Position numbers and translations under genes: made by a program. From an uncultured Acidobacteriota bacterium (GTDB taxonomy: Bacteria > Acidobacteriota > Blastocatellia > RBC074), in the NCBI GenBank assembly GCA_963796275.1, contig CAWCKY010000002.1:512001-576000 (forward strand): a stretch of DNA of 64,000 nucleotides. Reading direction: 5' to 3'. Positions 51,209 to 61,168 of this stretch are shown piece by piece; within the stretch, counting starts at the first letter, position 1; each line of letters begins with the position of its first letter. Below the pieces are notes generated by a model. That model worked only from the letters and a program-made list of their open reading frames with translations, was not told where the DNA came from and made no database searches.

Positions 51209-51766
51209 TTACAGAATCTCTACTTCTGCAGGCGCGATGATCTCGCGACCGCTGCCACCGGGTAACGGAGGCATATTCACACGCGCGACGCGCCAGCCTC
51301 TGTGACGCAATTGTCCTCGAAGCGGCGATCTGCTTGTGATATTGCCGATCAATTTGATTGTCGCCGGATCGAAGCCAGGTTCGACCGTCACCATCTGACC
51401 TTCCTCGGAATCGATCACCGGTTCCAGTTTAAAATAATGCTCGATCACCTTCCGGCAACTTTCATGTACATCGCGCGCCGCGGCGCCAATCTGCGCGTCC
51501 TGGTACGGCGCAATGTCCTCGGTTATAAAATCAACAAGTCGCCCGTCGCGCTGCAGTAAGGCGAGCATCTGAACTGCTCGATCAACCGGCTCCTCGACCG
51601 GCGCCTCGGCTCGTGCGGCCGTTGTCACAGCTGGCGTTGGAGATGTAACGAATGATATTTGCTCGTTGATTATTTCAGGCGCTATCTCCGCCGGGATCTC
51701 GCCCCTGGAGAGAATCGAGAGAAAGCACCGAACCGCGTAAGATAGACGTTTCCCGAATCCCATCAT
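51209..51766 (-). CDS. DUF2760 domain protein
   Basis: LALLQRDGRLVDF..EDI..Y.DAQIGAAAR.VH..C, GFDP, HRGW, IAPAEVE. Confidence 0.85.
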   Translation of the reverse strand: MMGFGKRLSYAVRCFLSILSRGEIPAEIAPEIINEQISFVTSPTPAVTTAARAEAPVEEPVDRAVQMLALLQRDGRLVDFITEDIAPYQDAQIGAAARDVHESCRKVIEHYFKLEPVIDSEEGQMVTVEPGFDPATIKLIGNITSRSPLRGQLRHRGWRVARVNMPPLPGGSGREIIAPAEVEIL

Positions 51767-51784
51767 TATATTGCCTAATATTTC

Positions 51785-52198
51785 CTAGATTGCCGTCCGA
51801 TATTTTGTTGGCGTTATCCTCACCAAACTATAATCAGCTATCAGCGATTCCGCCGACAAACCAATACTCAACATTCCCTCCCTGTATTTCAATGCGTATG
51901 AATCCACCTCTTCCCTACTGGGCGGTGGTCCGCTCAATCCGGCTTCAGCCTGAAAGATAGCGACCTCCGCCCCATCCGGATCGCTGTTCAGGTTGAGCGC
52001 CACTCTCGGATTGCCTGACATGTTTCGCCATTTGACGCTTTTATTCTCGGTGAAAACCAGAAATTGCGCGCCTGTCCAATAGAACCAGACGGGATTCGGA
52101 AGCGGAGTCCCATCCGATTTCGTCGTCGTCAACCAGATGACCTGCTCCTTATCCAATCTATCCGCGACTTGTAGTGGAATTTCGATTGCCAATTGCAC
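51785..52198 (-). CDS. PPOX-class (pyridoxamine 5'-phosphate oxidase-like) putative F420/flavin-binding protein
   Basis: RL..EQVIWLTT...DGTP.PNPVWFYW, K.RNM..NPRVALNLN, Y..KY, YS.VRITP. Confidence 0.8.
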   Translation of the reverse strand: MQLAIEIPLQVADRLDKEQVIWLTTTKSDGTPLPNPVWFYWTGAQFLVFTENKSVKWRNMSGNPRVALNLNSDPDGAEVAIFQAEAGLSGPPPSREEVDSYALKYREGMLSIGLSAESLIADYSLVRITPTKYRTAI

Positions 52199-52402
52199 CT
52201 CCTTATCCCCGTTATCACATGGGGATGAACTCCCATCATCATTTGATGAAACATTTGATGAAACTGATAAATTTGTTTATCGGTGTAAGTTCAAAATAGT
52301 GCAATATTTCCCGCAAATCAAACTAGGGGAAAAAAGATATTCACTACAAAAATCACAAATTGTTCAAGAGGCACAAAAGGCGGGGTACGTACAAGGTATC
52401 AA

Positions 52403-52915
52403 TCAAACAACTTCGCCACCAATTTCTCGCCATTCGCGTTCAATTTCTTTGGCGTCTCCGGGGGTTCTCACTCTGACACTGATCAATATCTTCCGTCGCT
52501 TAACTGCTTCCAATCCCCAATCGACGGCCCTGGAATTGACTAACTTCCAGACCATCGAACCGATCACTGCGCATATGAATATCCCTCCCGATGATAACGT
52601 TATCCATACGAGTATCATCACTCCAATCTCCGGCGGACTGAAAATACTTTTCAAGAACAGGCAGGCGAGAGTAATAAATAGGATGCTCACTAGAATCGCA
52701 GCTGATAACAGTAACCTGTTTATACCTCGCTGTGCGATGTCTTCATCTTCAGGTGGTTTCCCGACGAATTCGCACAACTCAACCACTCTCATTGTTTCTC
52801 TGCTATATCCGAAATCCATCAGCACTTGCTGAGCGTGAAATGCTTCGGTCTGATTGTTGAACCGTCCGATCAGGACGTCGTTTTTACCCTTGTTGATGCT
52901 TCCGGAAATGAACAT
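52403..52915 (-). CDS. Small two-TM hypothetical membrane protein (general-stress-protein-like topology)
   Basis: GGAGG RBS before MFISG; G.F....EA..A...L...GY N-terminus, two TMs, ILISVRV...A..IE..W...GGE C-terminus. Confidence 0.6.
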   Translation of the reverse strand: MFISGSINKGKNDVLIGRFNNQTEAFHAQQVLMDFGYSRETMRVVELCEFVGKPPEDEDIAQRGINRLLLSAAILVSILFITLACLFLKSIFSPPEIGVMILVWITLSSGGIFICAVIGSMVWKLVNSRAVDWGLEAVKRRKILISVRVRTPGDAKEIEREWREIGGEVV

Positions 52916-53410
52916 TAAGCCTCCAGTTCCTTTGGGGCACTGGTGGCTGACCCACCTTTGTTTTGTTACACACTTCATCCAGGCGTGGCTCTGCCTGCAC
53001 GCTTAAACGTGGTCCGGCACAACCTGCGGATGCGTTTCGGAGCCCGACCCAAACCTCCGACCAATTGCTCGAGACCTCCGTCATCGAGCACATCATCCCA
53101 GCGCTGACGGCTAACCGACAAGCTTCGGCTTACTCAAGTGCGCCGCGTGATAGGTTGCCCTGATAAACGCCTTAAGTTTGCGTTCCGAATTGTTCTTGAT
53201 AACTTAATTGATAACCTAATTGATATATTTGTGACATTTCAGCCAAGTATTAAACTTTCCCCTAAGCGAATGACTGTCTGGCCACTACACTATACGACAC
53301 AACTTGCATTTCGGATGTAAATATTTCATCGTTGTACCAAGAAAATGTTCGTAATACCACGTTTCAATCCGAAATAAGTACCTGAACCAGATAACATGTG
53401 TCGTATTGAT

Positions 53411-54850
53411 TCAGCTGAGAAGGTCTGTGACTACCTGGCCATGTACATCTGTCAAACGGAAATCGCGGCCGGCGTAGCGGTATGTCAGGAGTTCGTGATC
53501 GAAGCCCAGTAAGTGGAGCAGAGTCGCGTGTAGATCGTGGATGTGAACGGGTTTTTCCGCGGCCGCGAACCCGAATTCATCGGTGGCGCCGTGGATATAG
53601 CCTTTCTTCACGCCGCCACCTGCGAGCCACATCGTGAAACCGTGGTTGTTATGATCTCGTCCCCAATCGGCTTTATCGGCGCCGCCGGAAGCGCCGGTCA
53701 ACTCGACCACCGGCGTGCGGCCGAATTCCCCGCCCCATATCACGAGCGTGTCGTCCAGCATTCCGCGCTGCTTCAGATCCTCGAGCAAGGCAGCAATCGG
53801 CTTATCGGTCGCCTGGGCCAGTTGTTTGTGGCTCGATGTCAGATACTCGTGATTGTCCCAGGGCTGATCTTTGCCCTGCCAGACCTGTACGAAGCGCACG
53901 CCGCGTTCGAGCAGGCGCCGCGCCATCAGCAGCTGCCTTCCGTACAACGTATCGCCGTACTTCTCCCTGATCGGCTGTGGTTCTTCGTTGACGTCGAAAG
54001 CGTCGGTCGCTTCAGCCTGCATGCGAAACGCGAGTTCGTAAGATTGAATCTGCGCTTCGATCATCGAATCTTCCTGTCGCTGTTTTTGATATCGCTGGTT
54101 CAATGCGGCCAGAAGATCGAGCTGTTTGCGCTGCTGCGAACTTGATGTGAAATCGTTTTTGATATGTTGGATCAGCCGCTCTACCTCGGTCTCTTTCGTG
54201 TCGATATATGTGCCCTGATAGACTGAAGGTAAGAAACCGGCAGTCCAGTTCTGCGTGCCGCTGACCGGATAACCATACGGGCAGAGAACGATGAAGCCCG
54301 GCAGGTTCTGATTTTCCGTACCCAATCCATATGTCAGCCATGAGCCGAAGCTCGGGCGGATTTGCCGCAAGTCGCCGCAATTCATCATCAGGAGCGAAGG
54401 CTCGTGATTCGGCAAATCTGTGTGCATCGAGCGAATAATACAGAGATTGTCCACATGCTGGGCGACGTTCGGATAGAGTTCGCTAACCTCGATGCCGCTT
54501 TGCCCGTATTTCCTGAACTGATATGGTGAGCCGAAGCCGACGCCGGTTTTACGTTCGGTCTTTAAATGAATGGGCAGCGGTTTGCCATCGTATTTCGTGA
54601 GCATCGGCTTGGGGTCGAAGGTATCGACGTGCGATGGCCCTCCGTTCATAAACAAATGGATGACGCGTTTGATTTTCGGCGTGAAGTGCGGCTGCCTGGC
54701 GGCAAGCGGATTATTGAAGCTATTGTCATCGGCCATTGAGGTCTGCCCGGACAACGGCAGAAACGCGAGCGATCCCAAGCCCATTCCACAGGCGCGTAGC
54801 AGATCACGGCGCGTCAAGAAACGATCTTCCAAGGAGTGTTCTTTTTTCAT
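53411..54850 (-). CDS. DUF1501 domain protein with Tat-like leader
   Basis: TRRDLL, VIHLFMNGGPSHVDTFDPKP, ARRLLERGVRFVQ, WDNH, WGGEFGRTP, GRDH, DLHATLLHLLG. Confidence 0.92.
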   Translation of the reverse strand: MKKEHSLEDRFLTRRDLLRACGMGLGSLAFLPLSGQTSMADDNSFNNPLAARQPHFTPKIKRVIHLFMNGGPSHVDTFDPKPMLTKYDGKPLPIHLKTERKTGVGFGSPYQFRKYGQSGIEVSELYPNVAQHVDNLCIIRSMHTDLPNHEPSLLMMNCGDLRQIRPSFGSWLTYGLGTENQNLPGFIVLCPYGYPVSGTQNWTAGFLPSVYQGTYIDTKETEVERLIQHIKNDFTSSSQQRKQLDLLAALNQRYQKQRQEDSMIEAQIQSYELAFRMQAEATDAFDVNEEPQPIREKYGDTLYGRQLLMARRLLERGVRFVQVWQGKDQPWDNHEYLTSSHKQLAQATDKPIAALLEDLKQRGMLDDTLVIWGGEFGRTPVVELTGASGGADKADWGRDHNNHGFTMWLAGGGVKKGYIHGATDEFGFAAAEKPVHIHDLHATLLHLLGFDHELLTYRYAGRDFRLTDVHGQVVTDLLS

Positions 54851-54888
54851 TTGGCTATTTTGATCCCTTTGTGCGTTTTTGCGATAAC

Positions 54889-57800
54889 TCAATCGATAAT
54901 CAAAAACTCCGCCGCCGCCAAAAGAACCTGCGCATAGCGCTCCCATGAGTTCAAACTGCTCACAGTCGGATTGCGGAAATCGCGCACGGAATTCCATTCT
55001 TCAGAAGCCCCATCCAGTTGCTTGATCGTCACTGCCCATCTGAATCCATTGCCGGAGCCGCCCTTGTCCGCGTCAATGATAAAATCGATCGAGTCGCCTC
55101 GCCGGACGACCAGTTCATTGACGGTCGTCCCGATTTTAACTGGTCCGGCCATCCAATCGCCTGCTCTCCCGGACCGGCTCGAAACGATACTTCCCTGCAC
55201 GCCCTCGCATTTGCGGCACCCATTCTCGAAGTTCTGTTCGAGCAAGCCGTCAATGGCAACGAGTCCATCGAACGGCGCGATCCAACGGCGGATGAGCGCA
55301 TTCGATTTCCCATCGTAGGATAGTCCGCCTTTGCTATTGAGAAGCGCGGGCGAGCTTCGCGGATCGCCAGGCATCGGAGTGTTGCGCCACTCGCCATTCA
55401 GGTGCCATTCGAACGGGTTGAATGTTTTGACGCGCTGCGCCTTCTCATCATAATCGCCCTGCCCATACTGCCACGCTCCGCATTTCCGGTCGTCAAACCT
55501 TGTCCCACTATCTTCGCTATTGGCGGGATCGTTCACATATCTCAACCCGAGCGAGATTTCATCGGCATTCGGCGAGCGCCCGTACAACAACCTGTACAGT
55601 TTCGTGATGCGCTGGCGCGCATTCTTTTCAGCCGCGATTTCGGGCCGCTTCATCATTGCCTTCGCCTGTTCGATCACGAACGGGCTGTTCATCATCAATA
55701 AAGCCTGCTGCGGCACAGTTGTCAGGTAGCGTTGCGGGCTGTGCGCGTCGGGGCTGGCGAAATCGAATATGCGAAAATCGTTGGGGACCAGCGCGCGATC
55801 GATGAAGGAATAGACGGTGCGCCGTTTTGAATAGGGCCACGCGATGGCGCTCACCGGCAATCCGCCGGGCGTGCGTTCGAGCGTTCCGCCGGCGGCCAGC
55901 AAGGAATCGCGCAGCTCTTCCAGGTCCATACGGCGCCGATTCATGCGCCATAACCATCTATTTTCAGGATCGAGGTTGTGGGCAGCCGGATTGTTACCGC
56001 TGCTCTGCTGATATGCGCGCGAAAGCATCAAAATCCGATGCAGCCCCTTGATCGACCAGCCCCCATCGATAAAGGACTTCGCCAGATAATCCAGCAATTC
56101 GGGATGCGTAGGCGCTTCGCCTCGCGTGCCGAAATCGCTCGGCGTGCGTACCAGGCCGTTGCCGAAATGATGCTGCCAGACGCGGTTCACCATTACCCGA
56201 GCGGTCAGCGGATTATCTCTGTGAGCGATTGCCCGGGCGAGCTCTAGTCGACCGCTGCCGTTTGTAAAACGCCGGCGATCTTCTCCGGCGAGAACCAGAA
56301 GAAATTGCGGATAGACTTGTTCGCCTCTATTTTCGGGTTTGCCGCGCAGAAAGACGTTACCCGGCTTGGGATCAGTGACATCTTCAATGGCTTGCGCGCG
56401 CGGCGGCGCCCCGCGATAGGCTTGCGTGAGAACCAGCTTCTCGAGCCGGCGACGCTTCCCATCTTCATTCTGTTTGTCGGTCGAGAGACGAACGCTTTCA
56501 TAGTCGCTGAACGGAAAACTGACCGGCGAATCCGCGCCGTGCAGTATTTGCCGCAAGGACTCTTCGCTCGCATCTTTGAGCGGCTCCGATTTGTCGTAAG
56601 ATGCGAGCAACTTGCCATAGGTCTCAGCCACATCGCGCATCGACGCGGGAGCTTTTGGGAAAGCCTGGGCAACAAGCGGATGTAGTTTATTCATTTCCAA
56701 CCCGGCCCAGACGGCCGATGCTTTATCCGCGAAATCTTTTTCAGGTATCGTCGCCAGCCTGTGCCAGAGCGTCCAGCTGGGATCATCGCTCGACTTCTCC
56801 AAGTATGCTCGCCACCGGCTTAACATATAGACGTTGAAATCTTTATCCCGCGCGAATTTTTGTAACTCGTCTTCTTTTTTCAGATCGCGCGCTTCGTATA
56901 CGCTGCGCAGACATTTGGCGACTTCCGGCGCGGTGCGATACAACTCCTTCAGTTTCGGATAGCGTGTCTCGCGCAGTTTGGCGATTTCGGCCTCAACCTT
57001 TATCTCTTCGGCTTTGACCTCAGCTTCCCAGGCAGAGAGGTCGGCTTTGGGATCTAGCAGCGGAAGCTTCTTGGGTTCGCGCGAGTTATTGAAGATCGTA
57101 TAGAACGAATAGTAATCCTGAGTCGGAATCGGATCGAACTTATGATTATGGCATCGCGCGCAGCTTACCGTCAGTCCCATTAACCCGCGCGACACGACGT
57201 CTATCTTGTCGTCGATTTTTTCGTGCTGATTCACGCCCAAGCCGCCGCGACTCAAACTGACGAACCCCAGGGCAGCAAGATTGCGCGGATCATTCTCAGG
57301 CAATTTGTCGGCCGCGAGCTGTTGCACGATAAATCGATCGTACGGCAGGTCTTCGTTTAAAGCGCGAATCACCCAATCGCGGTACGTGTACGCATACGGA
57401 ATCCAACCGTGCAGGTTTCGCCCAGCATCGATCATTCCTACCGTATCGGAATAACGCGCGACGTCCAGCCAATGCCTGCCCCAACGCTCTCCATAATGCG
57501 GACTTGCCAGCAACCGGTCGACCACCTTCGCGAATGCATCGGGAGATTTATCGGCGAGAAACGCATCCACCTCGTCCGGCGACGGCGGTAAACCCGTCAA
57601 ATCATAGGTTGCCCGTCGAAGCAATGTGCGTTTGTCCGCTGGCGGATTGAACGTCAGATTATTGGCTGCGAGTTGGGCAAGAAGGAACGCATCGACCGCA
57701 TTGCCTGTTACACCTTTGACGGTTGGAACTGCGGGATTGCTAACCGGTTGAAATGACCAGAAAGCTTTATGTTCAGGTTTGATGATGTACTGGTTTTTCG

Positions 57801-58218
57801 TGACGGCAGCGGCAGGCCAGGCCGCTCCGTCACGGATCCACTTCGATAGATCGGCGATCTCCTCTTCTTTGAGCTTCGCGCCACCTTTGGGCATCTTGAG
57901 ACTTTCATCCAAATGCGAAACGGCTTTGATGAGCAGACTCTCCTCAGGTGGTTTGCCGACGACGATCGCCGGGCCGCGTTTGCCGCCTTTCAACATAGAT
58001 TCGCGCGAATCCAGGCGCAGACCGCCATTGGCGGAGTCGGTGTGGCAATCGTAACAGTGGGTAACCAGAACGGGACGAATCTTCGCTTCGAAGAAATCAA
58101 TCTTTGCAGCATCCGCCGACTGTGCGGCGTCGACCGAACGAGGCGGTGCGGTGACGAATGCACATACTATAGACCCAACTGCCGCCAAGATGAGTAACTT
58201 GATGCAATCGCAATTCAT
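54889..58218 (-). CDS. PSD1 / planctomycete cytochrome c domain protein (PSCyt1-DUF1549-DUF1553)
   Basis: CYDCH and CARCH heme motifs, LLRRATYDLTGLPP, YGERWGRHWLD, NRVWQHHFG, PTHPELLDYLA. Confidence 0.92.
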   Translation of the reverse strand: MNCDCIKLLILAAVGSIVCAFVTAPPRSVDAAQSADAAKIDFFEAKIRPVLVTHCYDCHTDSANGGLRLDSRESMLKGGKRGPAIVVGKPPEESLLIKAVSHLDESLKMPKGGAKLKEEEIADLSKWIRDGAAWPAAAVTKNQYIIKPEHKAFWSFQPVSNPAVPTVKGVTGNAVDAFLLAQLAANNLTFNPPADKRTLLRRATYDLTGLPPSPDEVDAFLADKSPDAFAKVVDRLLASPHYGERWGRHWLDVARYSDTVGMIDAGRNLHGWIPYAYTYRDWVIRALNEDLPYDRFIVQQLAADKLPENDPRNLAALGFVSLSRGGLGVNQHEKIDDKIDVVSRGLMGLTVSCARCHNHKFDPIPTQDYYSFYTIFNNSREPKKLPLLDPKADLSAWEAEVKAEEIKVEAEIAKLRETRYPKLKELYRTAPEVAKCLRSVYEARDLKKEDELQKFARDKDFNVYMLSRWRAYLEKSSDDPSWTLWHRLATIPEKDFADKASAVWAGLEMNKLHPLVAQAFPKAPASMRDVAETYGKLLASYDKSEPLKDASEESLRQILHGADSPVSFPFSDYESVRLSTDKQNEDGKRRRLEKLVLTQAYRGAPPRAQAIEDVTDPKPGNVFLRGKPENRGEQVYPQFLLVLAGEDRRRFTNGSGRLELARAIAHRDNPLTARVMVNRVWQHHFGNGLVRTPSDFGTRGEAPTHPELLDYLAKSFIDGGWSIKGLHRILMLSRAYQQSSGNNPAAHNLDPENRWLWRMNRRRMDLEELRDSLLAAGGTLERTPGGLPVSAIAWPYSKRRTVYSFIDRALVPNDFRIFDFASPDAHSPQRYLTTVPQQALLMMNSPFVIEQAKAMMKRPEIAAEKNARQRITKLYRLLYGRSPNADEISLGLRYVNDPANSEDSGTRFDDRKCGAWQYGQGDYDEKAQRVKTFNPFEWHLNGEWRNTPMPGDPRSSPALLNSKGGLSYDGKSNALIRRWIAPFDGLVAIDGLLEQNFENGCRKCEGVQGSIVSSRSGRAGDWMAGPVKIGTTVNELVVRRGDSIDFIIDADKGGSGNGFRWAVTIKQLDGASEEWNSVRDFRNPTVSSLNSWERYAQVLLAAAEFLIID

Positions 58219-58436
58219 CCGTCGAGCCTTTCGATATTGAGAGTTGTATAAATCTTACCGATGTGATGGTTCGCGCCGTGCAACAATGAGAGGCCCGACG
58301 CTTGTCATATGCAAATCATCAACATTTCTAGTATTTGTGCAAGGAGATTTACTACAAAACTCATGTATTCAATACCCAGAACTCCTCGACAATGAACGCA
58401 TCGTGTAACGAAGATTGAGCAAAAATGTCATAGATC

Positions 58437-58541
58437 TGAAAAGCGCCTGGGTACGCACGCTTCCAGCGTGCTGGACTTCGATCAATCGGCCGCTGGAGAA
58501 AACCAGGCACGCTGGAAGCGTGCGTACCCAGGCGCTTTTCA
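58437..58541. repeat. REP-like perfect 35-bp inverted repeat
   Basis: TGAAAAGCGCCTGGGTACGCACGCTTCCAGCGTGC (58437-58471) and its exact reverse complement (58507-58541); each arm has an internal GCACGCT..AGCGTGC hairpin. Confidence 0.9.
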
Positions 58542-58620
58542 TCGTCTTACTGTGGTTTAGATTTGACGCGAAGTAACAAGAAAAGATATTGGTGAGACCG
58601 GTTATGTCTCACCAATCCAC

Positions 58621-60726
58621 TCAGAACTGCTCCGGCCGGGGTCGAGTAATGCCCAGCTTACGGTACCTGGTATTAAGCGTCGTGCGGTGCAAGCCGAGGC
58701 GCGCCGCAGCTCCTTTGGGTCCGCCGATCACCCAGTTTGATTCGCGCAATATTCGCAGTATGTGCTCACGCTCCACATTTTCGAGCGTTACCGCCCCGTC
58801 GATATGATTGTTTGCAACTTTTGCAGACTGCTTCAATTCGGCAAGTGGGACCTCGAGGACTCGGCCGCGTGTGAGAATAACCGCCCGCTCGATGAGGTTC
58901 TGCAATTCCCGTATGTTCCCCGGCCAGCGGTAAGCCGTGAGAGTTGCCATCGTCTCCGCCGGAATCCTTTCGATCGGCTTCTTCATCTGATGCGCGTACT
59001 TGCTGGCGAAGAAATGAACCAGCATGGGAATATCTTCGGGACGTTCACGTAGTGGCGGTAATTTGATCGGGAACACGTTGAGCCGATAGAAAAGGTCGCT
59101 GCGAAACTTCTTTTCGTTCACCAGCCGAGCGAGGTCGACGTTGGTTGCAGCAACCACCCGGGCATCGACGCGAATCGTCCGGGAGCTACCCAATCGTTCG
59201 AATTCCTGCTCCTGAAGTACGCGCAGCAATTTCGGTTGTAACTCGGGAGGAATATCGCCCACCTCATCGAGGAAAATTGTCCCCTCGTGCGCGAGCTCGA
59301 ATCGTCCGACGCGCCGCTCGTTCGCGCCGGTGAAGGCGCCCTTCTCGTGACCGAACAGCTCGCTTTCGAGCAGGCCCGTCGGAATCGCAGCACAATTGAC
59401 CTTGACCAGTGTGCGATCGCGGCGCGCGCTCAGGTTATGGATAGCGCGCGCGATGAGCTCTTTGCCGGTCCCCGTCTCACCGATAATCAAAACGGTGGAG
59501 TCCGCCGGCGCAACCGTCTCGACCTCTTGCAGAACGCGCCTCAACGCGGAACTATTACCGATGATATCCTCGAAATAATGTTCGTCCCTGATCTCTTCCT
59601 CGAGATAGAGCTTCTCTTCTTCCAGCTTGTTTTTGAGCGTTTCGATCTTCCGGAACGCCATGGCGTTCTCCACCGCGATCGCGACCTGTTGGGCTATCTG
59701 CGCGAGCAATTCCGCATCTCCCGCGCTGAAGGCATTCTCGTGCAGGCTCCCCACGCTCAGGGTCCCGAGCGTGCGGTCGTGCGAAACGAGCGGAACAATG
59801 CAGCAGGATCTCACGCCAGCGTCGACCCAGCGTTTACAGACCGGAGATTCGGCATCGTTGTTGTTATTCAATAGAACGGTGCGCCTCTCCCTGAATGCTA
59901 GCCCGGCTCGCTCCCCGTCGATGGGAAGAATTTCGCCTTCGATAAAAAAATCTTCGTTCGCCGGGAAATCAAGCGCCGACATCCGAAGCATATTGATCGA
60001 GTGGTCGTAGAGCGCGAGCGCCGCTAAATCGTGCGCAACCACGCGCTGGATGCAGTCAGAGATCGCCGATAAAAGTTCCCTTTGATTGAGGTTCGAAACC
60101 AGCGTGTTGTTGATCTCCAACAACATCTCGGAACGGTCACGCTCGCGTGCCAGTTTTTGCTGATAACACTGAGCCTCAACCGCGACCGCGATCTGGGCGG
60201 CCACCAGTTGTGCGAATTCGAGGTCGATTCGATCGTACGCGCCGCCTTTCTCGCTCGCAAAGATTAAAACGCCGATACGCTCGCGGACCGTCGTCAGCGG
60301 AAGAATACAAAGCGACTTCACCGGAAACTCAGCCAACTGCTTGGTAGTCGCGAAGCGGGTCTCCCGTTGGACGTCACCAGTGATAAACGGTTGTTGATTT
60401 TCCCAGACCCATCCCGAGATCGAACCATCGACCGGGAGTTCAACCGGAAATTGCCGCATAGCAGGATCGTCTGATTCCAGAATCTGCATACGCATGACAT
60501 CGCGCGCCCCATCGTGCACCATCACGCGAAGATTGTGAAAATCGAATAGATTGTGCAACCGGCCGGCAAGGTCGTGGAACAGGACTGTGAGGTCTCTGTG
60601 TGAGGCGATAGCTTTCGATATCTCGAGTAGCGTGAAATATTGCTGTCGCGTCAGATCGGCGTCATCCGAAGCTTTCTCGATCAATGTCCTTCTCCTATTT
60701 TGACTATCTGTCTTAACGATGTACAA
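58621..60726 (-). CDS. FhlA-like sigma54-dependent enhancer-binding protein (2x GAF, AAA+, HTH)
   Basis: GETGTGKE, ESELFGHEKGAFTGA, FLDEVGD, FRSDLFYRLNV, WPGNIREL, C-terminal HTH. Confidence 0.93.
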   Translation of the reverse strand: MYIVKTDSQNRRRTLIEKASDDADLTRQQYFTLLEISKAIASHRDLTVLFHDLAGRLHNLFDFHNLRVMVHDGARDVMRMQILESDDPAMRQFPVELPVDGSISGWVWENQQPFITGDVQRETRFATTKQLAEFPVKSLCILPLTTVRERIGVLIFASEKGGAYDRIDLEFAQLVAAQIAVAVEAQCYQQKLARERDRSEMLLEINNTLVSNLNQRELLSAISDCIQRVVAHDLAALALYDHSINMLRMSALDFPANEDFFIEGEILPIDGERAGLAFRERRTVLLNNNNDAESPVCKRWVDAGVRSCCIVPLVSHDRTLGTLSVGSLHENAFSAGDAELLAQIAQQVAIAVENAMAFRKIETLKNKLEEEKLYLEEEIRDEHYFEDIIGNSSALRRVLQEVETVAPADSTVLIIGETGTGKELIARAIHNLSARRDRTLVKVNCAAIPTGLLESELFGHEKGAFTGANERRVGRFELAHEGTIFLDEVGDIPPELQPKLLRVLQEQEFERLGSSRTIRVDARVVAATNVDLARLVNEKKFRSDLFYRLNVFPIKLPPLRERPEDIPMLVHFFASKYAHQMKKPIERIPAETMATLTAYRWPGNIRELQNLIERAVILTRGRVLEVPLAELKQSAKVANNHIDGAVTLENVEREHILRILRESNWVIGGPKGAAARLGLHRTTLNTRYRKLGITRPRPEQF

Positions 60727-60922
60727 AATATTTTTCCCTCAAAAAAATCAGCCTTCATAAAAATTGATCAAAAAATTGATCGCAACAACCTTGCCATATA
60801 CATCATTCTTTCCCCATGCCAACTCAATGTTGATTTTGCCGCGATTATCCCGCAATTATGATAAAGATTTAAAGGTGTTTTGAAATGAAATCTGATATCA
60901 GTGGTGATGGTATTAAGTCATC

Positions 60923-61005
60923 TGGCGAAATAAGGTCATTACCGTACATCATTGAGAGCACGGATTCTGGTGACCGTCACCCGCCAGATGGTGAAATAAG
61001 GTCAT
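60923..61005 (+). promoter_or_regulatory. Direct repeat, candidate upstream activator sequences
   Basis: TGGCGAAATAAGGTCAT (60923-60939) and TGGTGAAATAAGGTCAT (60989-61005), about 100-180 bp upstream of a sigma54 site. Confidence 0.5.
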
Positions 61006-61103
61006 CTAAATTCAATTATTCACCTCACAACAACCTGAGATTCTCCACCTTATCTTCAATTGATACAAAATCTTGAATCATCATGAAAGGGCAGCAGGAT
61101 CTG

Positions 61104-61119
61104 TGGCAAGGCATTTGCC
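61104..61119 (+). promoter_or_regulatory. Sigma54 -24/-12 promoter
   Basis: TGGCAAGGCATTTGCC with exact GG-N10-GC spacing. Confidence 0.7.
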
Positions 61120-61168
61120 CTCATACGAAACTGCGACCGATAGATTGCGGAAGAGGGGGCTAGTTTAA

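Noticed and set aside
52137-52832. 231-aa plus-strand ORF
   Set aside because: Antisense to two better-supported minus-strand genes; no motif or RBS support
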